Origin: an uncultured Acidobacteriota bacterium
GTDB lineage: Bacteria > Actinomycetota > Acidimicrobiia > Spongiisociales > ZC4RG35
Length of the DNA stretch: 64,000 nt
Direction: 5' to 3'
NCBI GenBank assembly: GCA_963828465.1
Contig: CAWHEU010000013.1
Location: 52,889-116,888 of the forward strand
Under the pieces are notes generated by a model. The model was given only the letters and a program-made list of their open reading frames with translations, had not been told where the DNA came from and searched no databases. How positions within the stretch are numbered: position 1 is the first letter of the stretch; each line of letters opens with the position of its first letter. A program made the translations under genes and the position numbers. This document shows, one piece after another, positions 55,563 through 64,000 of this stretch.

Positions 55563-56518
55563 GCGTCGTGCTGGAGGCCCTCGAGTTGTATCCCGTCCGG
55601 ATACCGATGCGTCACCGCTTTCGCCGGGTGGATCACCGCGAGGCCGTACTCATCAAAGGCCCGGCCGGCTGGGGTGAATTCTCACCCTTCCCCGACTACC
55701 CGCCTCATGTGACCACGCGGTGGCTGGCTGCGGCGCTCGAAGCCGCTTGCAGTGTCCTCCCCGAGCCGGGCCGCGCCACAATCCCGGTCAACGTGACGGT
55801 GCCGGCGGTCGCACCCGAGGTGGCTGCCCGTCTCGTTCTGGAGTCGGGCGCCGGCACGGCCAAGGTAAAGGTTGGCGAGCCCGGCCAAACGATGGAAGAG
55901 GACGAGGCACGTCTTGCGGCGGTCCGGGCGGCGATCGGGCCCGAGGGCAAGATCCGCATCGACGTCAACGCAGGCTGGGACCTCGAGACCGCCGCTACCC
56001 GTCTCGCCTCCTATGCCCGCTTCAACCTGGAGTACGTCGAGCAACCCGTCACGAGTCTCGAGGAGATGGTCGAGCTCAAGAAGATGACGGATGTTCCGCT
56101 CGCTGCCGATGAGCTGGTTCGTCTCCGACCGGACCCGCTGGAGGTCGCGTCCATGGGCGCTGCCGACATCCTGGTGGTGAAGGTTCAGCCATTGGGCGGG
56201 GTCGTAAGGACGCTCGACATTGCTGCGCGCGCCGGCATCCCCGTCGTCGTGTCGTCGGCTTTGGAGACTTCGATCGGGATCTACTCCGGTCTCTTGGTCG
56301 CTTCTCTCCTACCCGAGCTCCCGTACGCCTGCGGGCTGGGGACGGTGTCGCTGATCGAGGGCGATCCCACCCGCCACCCCCTGGTCTCGATGAACGGGGA
56401 GCTCGAAGTTCGCCGCCCCGAACCTGACCCTGAGTTGCTGGTCCGGTGGCGGCCCGACCGTGACAGGTCCGCCGAGCTCCTGCGTAAAGTTCGAAACGCG
56501 GCCGAGGTGCTCACTTGA
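55559..56518 (+). CDS. menC: o-Succinylbenzoate synthase
   Basis: GWGEFSPF, IPVNVTVP, KVKV, RIDVNAGW, YVEQP, AADE, KVQPLGG, VVSSALE, ACGLGT. Confidence 0.92.
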   Translation: MSVVLEALELYPVRIPMRHRFRRVDHREAVLIKGPAGWGEFSPFPDYPPHVTTRWLAAALEAACSVLPEPGRATIPVNVTVPAVAPEVAARLVLESGAGTAKVKVGEPGQTMEEDEARLAAVRAAIGPEGKIRIDVNAGWDLETAATRLASYARFNLEYVEQPVTSLEEMVELKKMTDVPLAADELVRLRPDPLEVASMGAADILVVKVQPLGGVVRTLDIAARAGIPVVVSSALETSIGIYSGLLVASLLPELPYACGLGTVSLIEGDPTRHPLVSMNGELEVRRPEPDPELLVRWRPDRDRSAELLRKVRNAAEVLT

Positions 56519-56546
56519 GATCGCGAGACCACAAATCGAGTGTCCT

Positions 56547-58229
56547 TTGACACAGCCCAACCCCAGCACCGCCCAGGCCCGGGTCATGGTGGACGAGTTG
56601 CACCGCCACGGTGTCGACTACGTGGTCATCTCGCCTGGCTCCCGCTCGGCTGCCCTGGCCATCGCTTTCGAGGAGCACGCCGGGGTGGAGACCAGGGTCG
56701 TCCTCGATGAGCGATCCGCCGCTTTTCATGCCCTCGGCCGCAGCCGGGCGTCGCAGACCCCCGTTGTTGCACTGGCCACCTCGGGGACCGCGCTTGCCAA
56801 CTACCTGCCGTCTGTGGTCGAGGCGGACCTGTCGCTGATTCCTCTCATCCTGATCTCGGCCGACCGTCCCCCCGATCTCCTCCACGTCGGGGCCAATCAG
56901 ACGATCGAGCAGGCAGGGATCTTCGGGGAGAAAGTCCGCTGGTCATGTGCAATCCCGCCCGCTGAGCCCGGTCTCGACTCGAACGGCTATTGGCGCTCGA
57001 GCGTCTCCCAGGCGGTAGCAAGGGCGAGGGGACATGGCGGCCGCCCCGGGCCGGTTCATATCAACGTGGCGTTCCGCGAGCCGACGGTCCCCGTCTCCGA
57101 TGACGGGCGTACCCGGGCCGAGCCCTACCAGCACCCCATCGAGGGGCGGCCAGGCGGCGACCCGTGGCAGCAACACCAGCAGGCCAGGCCGTCAGGGGCG
57201 GCCCTCGGGTTGGGCGGTCGTGGCCTTGTTGTCGTCGGCGAGGGTGACTTCGACCCAAAGGATGTCTTCGAGGCCGCCGGAAAACTCGGCTGGCCGGTGC
57301 TCGCTACCGCCACTTCCGGGCTCCGTGTCTTCGACGTCGTCACCACCTATCACCACTTGTTGGTGACGGGTGTGCCCACCGCTCTGCGGCCTGACTTGGT
57401 CGTGACTGTTGGCCGGACCGGGCCTAGTGACCGCATCGGATCACTCACCTCGTTGCCTGTGCCACAGGTGCAGGTCGACCGGTGGGGGGTGTGGAACGAC
57501 CCGCGCCGGCATTCGAGCCATCTGCTCCAGGCCGATCCGGCGCAAACCCTCGACGGCTTCTTGCCGGCTCCGGACGACCTGTTGCTCCGCTCTTGGCTCG
57601 GGGCGGACGCCGCCATACGGTCGGCTCTAGACGACCACCTCGCTTCCGACGAGACGCCCACCGGTCCGGCAGTGGCCCGAGCCCTCGACCCCCTTGATCA
57701 GGTGACGCTGATCGTGGCATCGTCAATGCCGATCAGGGACGTGGACGCACATGTCGCCAACACGGCCAGGGTCATCGCCAATCGCGGTGCCTCGGGCATC
57801 GATGGCTTTGTCTCCACGGCGTTGGGCGCCGCAACGGCGACGAGAGGTGCGGTGGCATTCGCGGGTGACCTCTCGTTTCTCCATGACGCCACCGGTCTCG
57901 TGGCGGACGACGTCGGCGATGTGGTCTTCGTGGTCGCTGACAACGGCGGGGGTGGTCTGTTCGACTTGCTACCACAGGCGGAGCACGCCCCTGCCTTCGA
58001 GCGCCTGTTCGTCGCCCCTCACAATCTCGACCTGAGCCGGGTCGCGTCCGCGTACAACCTGGCTGCCGCTGTCGTAGAGGATGTCGCTGATCTGACAGCC
58101 ACGGTCACAAGTCGGCTCGAGGCAGGCGGTCCACATGTCGTCGTCGTCCCGGTCGAGCGCGAGACCGATCTGAAGACTCGCCGGGGCCTCGACGACACCG
58201 CGCGGGCGGTGAGCGCCAGGTTCAACTGA
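56547..58229 (+). CDS. menD: SEPHCHC synthase
   Basis: SPGSRSA, DERSAAF, TSGTA, ADRP, GANQTI, GPVHIN..FREP, SSMPIRD, NRGASGIDG, GDLSFLHD, NGGGG. Confidence 0.95.
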   Translation: MTQPNPSTAQARVMVDELHRHGVDYVVISPGSRSAALAIAFEEHAGVETRVVLDERSAAFHALGRSRASQTPVVALATSGTALANYLPSVVEADLSLIPLILISADRPPDLLHVGANQTIEQAGIFGEKVRWSCAIPPAEPGLDSNGYWRSSVSQAVARARGHGGRPGPVHINVAFREPTVPVSDDGRTRAEPYQHPIEGRPGGDPWQQHQQARPSGAALGLGGRGLVVVGEGDFDPKDVFEAAGKLGWPVLATATSGLRVFDVVTTYHHLLVTGVPTALRPDLVVTVGRTGPSDRIGSLTSLPVPQVQVDRWGVWNDPRRHSSHLLQADPAQTLDGFLPAPDDLLLRSWLGADAAIRSALDDHLASDETPTGPAVARALDPLDQVTLIVASSMPIRDVDAHVANTARVIANRGASGIDGFVSTALGAATATRGAVAFAGDLSFLHDATGLVADDVGDVVFVVADNGGGGLFDLLPQAEHAPAFERLFVAPHNLDLSRVASAYNLAAAVVEDVADLTATVTSRLEAGGPHVVVVPVERETDLKTRRGLDDTARAVSARFN

Positions 58230-59343
58230 GTCCGAGTGCCCCCAGCATCGGCCGCAGCTTGATCTGTGTCTCTTCGAACTCCAAGGCCGCGTCGGAGCCG
58301 TTAACGATTCCTGCACCGGTGTAGAGGGTCGCTTCCGCACCGTCGATTTCCCCACAGCGGAGGGCGATCGCAAACTCTCCGTCTCCTTCCCGGTCGAACC
58401 AGCCGACCGGACCGGCGTATCTCCCCCGCTCGTGGCCCTCGAGCTCACGGATCAACTCGACCGCGGTCTTGGTCGGCGTCCCCGCCACGGCTGCAGTCGG
58501 GTGGAGGGCTGCCAGCAAGTCGGTGACGGTGGTCCCCGGGCGGACGTCGCCTTCGAAGACGGTCGACAGGTGCTGGATGTCTCCGTATGTGGCGACCGTT
58601 CTCTCCGACCGCCCCAGACGGGTGCAGAAGAGCGCCAGGGCGGTGTCGACCGAGTCGGCCGCGAGGGCATGCTCCCGTGTCATCTTCTCCGTGTCGAAGA
58701 AGCCGGCCGAGGCGGGGTCGCCGGGATCGGCAGATCCGGCCAGGGAGATCGATCGGACACTCCCCCCGGCCAGCGAAACGAGTAGCTCGGGGCTCGAGCC
58801 CACAAAGCCATCGACGAGGAAGGTGTGCGATCCACGCTCGTTGCGGGCGAGATTGGACAGGACGAGGTGGCTGGGCACCTGATCCTCGAACTTCGCAGGG
58901 AGGCGTCGGGAGAGGACGACCTTCTCGACCTCTCGCTCATGAATCGCATCGAGCGCGTCACTGACCAGCCGCATCCAGACCTCGAGCCCGCCGTCGCCGA
59001 GATGGCCACCGGGCAAGACGGTGGGTGGTGCTGATGGAGGCAAGTCGCTTGCGTCCCCCATCAGGAACCAGGCCCCGGCTGCGTCGATCTTCATGAGTGC
59101 CCGGGGGATGACCACGACCGAGCCTGGGTCGTTCTCGTCAAAGGTGAAGCTCGCCAGAGCCAACGGGGCCGTGGTGGCGGAGAGCCTGCGCAAGGCCCTG
59201 TCGAAGCGGTCGGCTCCGGTGCCGGCGTCGATCCTCGTGGAGACTCCCCAGCCGAAGAGAGCCAGGTCGCGATGGATCCATGCCGAGTCCGGGGCGCGTG
59301 AGAGGGCGTCGCCCACGGCCGACTCGAAGATCTCAGCTGTCAT
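58222..59343 (-). CDS. menF: Isochorismate synthase
   Basis: KVVLSR, GSSPELL, LAGS, K..REH, IQHLST, LHPTAAVAGTP, RGRYAGPVGW, ALRC, GAGIV. Confidence 0.9.
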   Translation of the reverse strand: MTAEIFESAVGDALSRAPDSAWIHRDLALFGWGVSTRIDAGTGADRFDRALRRLSATTAPLALASFTFDENDPGSVVVIPRALMKIDAAGAWFLMGDASDLPPSAPPTVLPGGHLGDGGLEVWMRLVSDALDAIHEREVEKVVLSRRLPAKFEDQVPSHLVLSNLARNERGSHTFLVDGFVGSSPELLVSLAGGSVRSISLAGSADPGDPASAGFFDTEKMTREHALAADSVDTALALFCTRLGRSERTVATYGDIQHLSTVFEGDVRPGTTVTDLLAALHPTAAVAGTPTKTAVELIRELEGHERGRYAGPVGWFDREGDGEFAIALRCGEIDGAEATLYTGAGIVNGSDAALEFEETQIKLRPMLGALGLS

Positions 59344-60121
59344 TCCACGTGCAGGCTAGGACCGGCTCGAGTGACTCGATCCCCGCCAACTCGTACGCGA
59401 CCCGACGGAACCGCTCAGTGTCGCCCGATGTGGCCAGGGTGAGGCGACCCGAGCCTTCGGTCGATGACGCCACCCGGCTCACCTGGCGGGCCACCGCCGG
59501 AGATGGATCGACGATCCTGACCCCAGGCCCGGCCACAGCCTCGATAAGCGGAACGAGGAAAGGAAAATGGGTGCAGCCCAAGACCAGCGTGTCGGCGCCG
59601 CCATCGAGGATCGGCTCGAGGCATGCCTCCACCTGTTGTCTCGCCTCGGGCCCGTTGACTTCAGCTTTCTCGACGAGCTCCACCCATTTCGGGCAGGCCC
59701 GGGTGAGCACCTTCGCACCGGTGGCGTGTCGCTGCAACACCGATGCGAAGAGCTCGCCCTGGAAGGTGGCGGCGGTGGCGACGACACCGATCACACCCGT
59801 GGCGGTGCTCGTTGCAGCCGGCTTCACCGCCGGTTCCATTCCCACGAAGGGCACATCGGGATGTTTGGCACGCAATGCGTGGAGGGCGGCGGCCGAGGCG
59901 GTGTTGCACGCGATGGTGATGGTCGTGGCGCCCCGATCGAGGAGCCACCGGGAGGCCTCAGCCGTCAGCTCGGCGACCTCGGCGAGGGTTCGCACCCCAT
60001 ATGGGGCCCGAGCCTGGTCGGCCAGATAGAAGAGGTCGGCGGAGGGCAACTCCCGTCGTATCTCGGTGAGGACGCTCAAGCCGCCGACACCCGAGTCGAA
60101 GACCCCGATCATGGCTGTCAT
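59333..60121 (-). CDS. murI: Glutamate racemase
   Basis: FDSGVGGLSV, PYG, IACNTAS, LGCTHFP. Confidence 0.95.
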   Translation of the reverse strand: MTAMIGVFDSGVGGLSVLTEIRRELPSADLFYLADQARAPYGVRTLAEVAELTAEASRWLLDRGATTITIACNTASAAALHALRAKHPDVPFVGMEPAVKPAATSTATGVIGVVATAATFQGELFASVLQRHATGAKVLTRACPKWVELVEKAEVNGPEARQQVEACLEPILDGGADTLVLGCTHFPFLVPLIEAVAGPGVRIVDPSPAVARQVSRVASSTEGSGRLTLATSGDTERFRRVAYELAGIESLEPVLACTWNDS

Positions 60122-60176
60122 ATCAGCAGGCCGACGAGGGGGTCGGTGGTAGCTTCGCCGCTACAGGAGGTCCGGC

Positions 60177-60947
60177 GTGAAGATCGAGGGCTCGGTGGCA
60201 CTGGTCACGGGCGGAGTGTCCGGTCTTGGCTTCGGTGCAGCCTCCCGTTTCGTTCGGGGTGGGGGATCGGTGGTGATGCTCGACATCAACGATGCCCACG
60301 GCGCCGCAGCAGTCGATGCGCTGGGAGACAGCTCTCGCTTCATCCGCTGTGATGTGCGGGATCGAGACGCTGTTGCCAGCTCGGTCGGCCGCGCCGCCGA
60401 GGAGTGGGGCCGGATCGACATCCTGGTCAATGCCGCCGGGGTGGCGCCGGCGCAGCGGTTGATCTCGCGAGATGGTGAGCTCTTCGATCTCGACCTCTTC
60501 AAGTTCGTGATCGAAGTGAATCTGATCGGCATGTTCGACGTGACCCGAAATGTCGCGGCGGTCATGTCTCACAACGATCCCGGTCTCGACGGGGAGCGGG
60601 GTGTCATCGTGAACGTGGCGTCGATAGCGGCCTTCGAGGGGCAGATCGGGCAGGCTGCCTACTCCGCCTCGAAGGGCGGGATCGTTGGCATGACCCTGCC
60701 CCTGGCCCGCGATCTGGCCGGAATCGGCGTGAGGGCGGTCACAGTCGCACCGGGGATAATGGACACACCCCTTCTGGCTGACGCTCCCGATGAGCTCAAG
60801 GAATCCCTGGCCGCCCTGCATGTTTTCCCCCGCCGTCTTGGCACACCCGAGGACTTCGCCCATCTGGTGCAGTCGATTGTGGAGAACCCGCTCTTGAACG
60901 GTGAGGTCATCCGCCTCGACGCCGGAGCCAGGATGCCGCCCAGGTGA
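60177..60947 (+). CDS. SDR, 3-hydroxyacyl-CoA dehydrogenase type II (HSD10-like)
   Basis: TGGVSGLG, ERGVIVNVASIAAFEGQIGQAAYSASKGG, LNGEVIRLD. Confidence 0.92.
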   Translation: MKIEGSVALVTGGVSGLGFGAASRFVRGGGSVVMLDINDAHGAAAVDALGDSSRFIRCDVRDRDAVASSVGRAAEEWGRIDILVNAAGVAPAQRLISRDGELFDLDLFKFVIEVNLIGMFDVTRNVAAVMSHNDPGLDGERGVIVNVASIAAFEGQIGQAAYSASKGGIVGMTLPLARDLAGIGVRAVTVAPGIMDTPLLADAPDELKESLAALHVFPRRLGTPEDFAHLVQSIVENPLLNGEVIRLDAGARMPPR

Positions 60948-61058
60948 TCGTTCGGTACCAAAAAACCACCCGATGTCACTATGTGTTGCCCGCGTTGGGT
61001 GTATATGCTCCCCGCTTGATGGGCGTAAAAGCCCGTCTGCCCATAGGAGGGAATCCAT

Positions 61059-62798
61059 ATGAAAAAGGGACGACAGAGGAGCGCGCTTGCCGCTCTTCTT
61101 GCGTTTGGACTGTTCCTTGCGGCTTGTAGCAGCGGGGAACCAACAGAAACCACGGAGGCGTCGGGCGACACGACGGCGACCACCGAAGCAACTACAGAAA
61201 CCACGGCTGCGCCCACGACCGAGACCACTGAGGCCGCTGCGGCCGGCGATGGGATCGTCACCACCTACCTGGCGGAGCCTGAGTTCTTGCAGCCAGGGAA
61301 CTCGGCCGAGTCCGAGGGCGGTGCGGTGCTCAACGCCCTGTTCCGCGGGTTGATCGACTATGACCCGGTCACCAGTGAGCCCACGATGAACGGTGTCGCC
61401 GCGTCGATCGAGACGCCCGACGAGGGTCTCACCTGGGAGATCGTCCTCAATGACGGTTGGACCTTCCACGACGGCACACCGGTCACGGCGCAGTCCTTCG
61501 TGGACGCCTGGAACTGGACGGCGTACGGCCCCAATGCGACCCAGAACGGGTTCTTCATGGGCCCGATCGCCGGTTTTGCCGACCTTCAGTGCGGGACGAA
61601 CGATGCTGAAGAGACCGACTGTGAGGCGGCACCGCCGGCCGCCGAGGAGATGAGTGGCCTCTCGGTCACCGACGACCTCAACCTCACCGTGACGTTGAGC
61701 GAGCCGGAGACCTTCTTCAATCAGAGGCTGGGGTACACGGCCTACTACCCGCTGCCGGAGGCGTTCTTCGCCGACCCGGCCGCCTTCAACGAGATGCCGA
61801 TCGGCAACGGTCCGTTCATGATGGACGGGGCATGGGAACATGATGTCGAGATCAGGACGGTCGCCTTCCCCGACTTTGCCGGGCCTGATCCGGCCCAGGT
61901 CGACGGTTTGACTTTCCGGATCTACGCCGATGTGGAGGCTGCGATCAACGACCTGTTGGCCGGCAACATCGACATCGTCGACAACATCACGCCACCGCGT
62001 CTTGCCGAGGTGCAGGCCACGGTGCCCAACTTCGCCGAGTCACCGAGCTCATCGGTCAGCTATCTGGGCATGCCGCTCTACGACCCGGCGTTCGAGAACC
62101 CGGACGTGAGAGCTGCCCTGTCGATGGCCATCGACCGCGAGACGTTGGTCAACAGCCCGATCTTCAACGGATCTCGCCAGGCGGCGTTCAACCTCGTGTC
62201 ACCGGTCATCCCCGGCTACCAGGAGACCGTGTGTGACAACTGGAACTACGACCCGGAGCAGGCCGCTGCTCTCTGGGAGTCGTCCGGTGGGATCGACGGT
62301 CCGATAACCGTGTGGTTCAACTCCGGGTCCGGTCACGAGGAGTGGGTCGCGGCCGTGGTCAACATGTGGGCCGAGACTCTCGGGATCGATCCGGCGAGCG
62401 TCACCTTCGAGTCCTTGGAATTCGCCGATTATCTACCGCTGCTCGACGACCAAGGGGTCAACGGTCCGTTCCGTCTCGGCTGGGGCATGGACTTCCCCCA
62501 TCCGCAGAACTACTGGCAGGGAGTGTTGGACAGCCGGGCCATACCGCCCGGGGGCTCGAACACCTCGTTCTACAACAACCCCGAGTTCGACGCCAAGCTC
62601 GACGAGGCCAACGCCGTGCTCGATTTCGAGGCGTCGCTCCCGGTCTACCACGAGGCGGGAGTAATTGCCTGCAACGACACGCCGTTGATCCCCGTCTACT
62701 TCGGGTTGAACCAGTTCGCATGGAACGACACCGTGGACGGTGTAGTGATGGACGCGTTCGCCCGGCTGGTTCCCACCTCGTTGGTGGCCGCCGGCTGA
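61059..62798 (+). CDS. oppA: Peptide ABC transporter substrate-binding lipoprotein (family 5)
   Basis: Lipobox LAAC, Thr-rich linker, FHDGTPVTA, PIGNGPF, VRAALSMAIDR, GWGMDFP. Confidence 0.9.
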   Translation: MKKGRQRSALAALLAFGLFLAACSSGEPTETTEASGDTTATTEATTETTAAPTTETTEAAAAGDGIVTTYLAEPEFLQPGNSAESEGGAVLNALFRGLIDYDPVTSEPTMNGVAASIETPDEGLTWEIVLNDGWTFHDGTPVTAQSFVDAWNWTAYGPNATQNGFFMGPIAGFADLQCGTNDAEETDCEAAPPAAEEMSGLSVTDDLNLTVTLSEPETFFNQRLGYTAYYPLPEAFFADPAAFNEMPIGNGPFMMDGAWEHDVEIRTVAFPDFAGPDPAQVDGLTFRIYADVEAAINDLLAGNIDIVDNITPPRLAEVQATVPNFAESPSSSVSYLGMPLYDPAFENPDVRAALSMAIDRETLVNSPIFNGSRQAAFNLVSPVIPGYQETVCDNWNYDPEQAAALWESSGGIDGPITVWFNSGSGHEEWVAAVVNMWAETLGIDPASVTFESLEFADYLPLLDDQGVNGPFRLGWGMDFPHPQNYWQGVLDSRAIPPGGSNTSFYNNPEFDAKLDEANAVLDFEASLPVYHEAGVIACNDTPLIPVYFGLNQFAWNDTVDGVVMDAFARLVPTSLVAAG

Positions 62799-62806
62799 AA
62801 CGCACA

Positions 62807-62865
62807 TGGCGACGCAACGTCGCCAGAACGGTGTGGAGCGACATCCCCAGGATGTCGCTCCACAC
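62807..62865 (+). terminator. Twin intergenic hairpins after oppA (partial terminator or mRNA stabiliser)
   Basis: TGGCGACG-caa-CGTCGCCA and perfect 16-bp GTGTGGAGCGACATCC-cca-GGATGTCGCTCCACAC. Confidence 0.7.
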
Positions 62866-62937
62866 TATGGTTCGCAGAAGGTGACGGGATGGGACTTCGA
62901 CCCTCGGGACGAAGGAGCACTGGATGAAGACTGACTG

Positions 62938-63864
62938 ATGACGAGTTACATCATCCGGCGGGTTGGGCATTTCGCTCTGGTTTTCTTCGCGGCCACCTTG
63001 ATCATCTTCGCCATGGTGTTCGCCATCCCCGGTGACCCGATCCGGGCCCTGGCCGGTGACCGGCCCATGTCACCATCGACGCTGGCCACGCTCACCCAGC
63101 AGTTCCACCTCGACGAGCCCTTCTTCGCCCAGTACTGGCACTACATCTCGGGCGTCTTCCAAGGTGACCTCGGCACCAGCTTCAACGACCGCCCCGTCCT
63201 CGACATCATCAAGGAGAGATTCCCCCGGACTCTCTATCTCGCCATGATGGCTTTCTTCATAGAGATGGTGATCGGCGTCATCGCCGGGATCTGGGCCGGG
63301 ATCCGAAAAGACAAGTTTCTCGACTCCCTGGTCAAGGTGAGCACTGTCGCCGTCATCTCCGTTCCCATATTCGTGCTCGGGTTCGTGGCCCAACTCACGA
63401 TCGGGGTCAGATTGGGCTGGCTCCCGGTGACTGCGGGCAATCCGCCCAGTGTCTACGGCTACCTGCTCCCCGCCATCGTGCTGGCCGCGGTTTCCCTGGC
63501 CTACGTCGCCCGGCTGACCCGGTCGAGCCTGGTGGAGAACCTCCGCTCCGACTACGTGCGCACCGCCAAGGCGAAAGGGCTGAGCCAGCGTCGTGTCATC
63601 GGGGTCCACACCTTTCGCAATTCGCTCATCCCGGTCGTCACCTTCCTCGCCATCGACCTCGGGGCATTGATGGGAGGCGCCATCATCACTGAGCGCATCT
63701 TCAACGTCCCCGGGATCGGCCAGGCAACGTATCAGGCGGTCATCGGGCAGGAAGGGGCAGTGGTGGTCGGGATCGTCACCCTGCTGGTGATCATCTACGC
63801 CATCGCCAACCTGGTGGTAGACGTCATGTACGCCGTGCTCGATCCGAGGATCCGTTATGACTGA
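62938..63864 (+). CDS. oppB: Peptide ABC transporter permease
   Basis: YIIRR, PGDP, GDLGTS, DYVRTAKAKGL, RNSLIP, ERIF..PGIG, LDPRIR. Confidence 0.93.
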   Translation: MTSYIIRRVGHFALVFFAATLIIFAMVFAIPGDPIRALAGDRPMSPSTLATLTQQFHLDEPFFAQYWHYISGVFQGDLGTSFNDRPVLDIIKERFPRTLYLAMMAFFIEMVIGVIAGIWAGIRKDKFLDSLVKVSTVAVISVPIFVLGFVAQLTIGVRLGWLPVTAGNPPSVYGYLLPAIVLAAVSLAYVARLTRSSLVENLRSDYVRTAKAKGLSQRRVIGVHTFRNSLIPVVTFLAIDLGALMGGAIITERIFNVPGIGQATYQAVIGQEGAVVVGIVTLLVIIYAIANLVVDVMYAVLDPRIRYD

Positions 63865-64000
63865 CACCACCAACAAGACGCCAACGGAGATCCTGGCGCC
63901 AGATGTCGTCTCTCCGGAGGTGGTGCCCGCCCCAGCGCCCCAACAGGGGAAGCCGAACAGTCTGTGGAGCGACGCCTGGCACGAGCTGAGACGGAAGCCG
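63857..64000 (+). CDS. oppC: Peptide ABC transporter permease, N-terminus only (runs off window)
   Basis: Overlaps the oppB stop; SLWSDAWHELRRKP is a typical OppC_N segment. Confidence 0.8.
   Translation, partial: MTDTTNKTPTEILAPDVVSPEVVPAPAPQQGKPNSLWSDAWHELRRKP

Overview
High-GC, densely coding actinobacterial chromosome segment; gene content and promoter style suggest Acidimicrobiia, which is an inference. It holds about 60 CDSs and no rRNA, tRNA, CRISPR array or transposase that I can recognise. Housekeeping genes are gatB, pyk, gpsA, ychF, gcvP (behind a glycine riboswitch), manC, menC/menD/menF, murI and an opp-type ABC operon. Accessory content comprises a homoprotocatechuate-like ring-cleavage cluster, a tandem GTPase pair, a YLDPGSGS-peptide/NoeA-like/sulfatase-fold module, a Rhodothermus-type mannosylglycerate synthase and a herA-sbcD-sbcC-nurA operon. 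Two signals missing from the ORF track stand out. (1) A complete ~170-bp unit divergent from arsR encodes a 19-aa CC...CC micropeptide with its own promoter, three operator boxes at 18-bp period, SD and strand-specific terminator. (2) A family of ~45-bp double-hairpin REP-like repeats clusters around a DUF559 (Vsr-like) nuclease gene and also occurs as solo copies 27-46 kb away. Three single-base frameshifts, one in the essential gatB, indicate assembly indel errors. All family assignments come from motif recognition by eye, not database searches.
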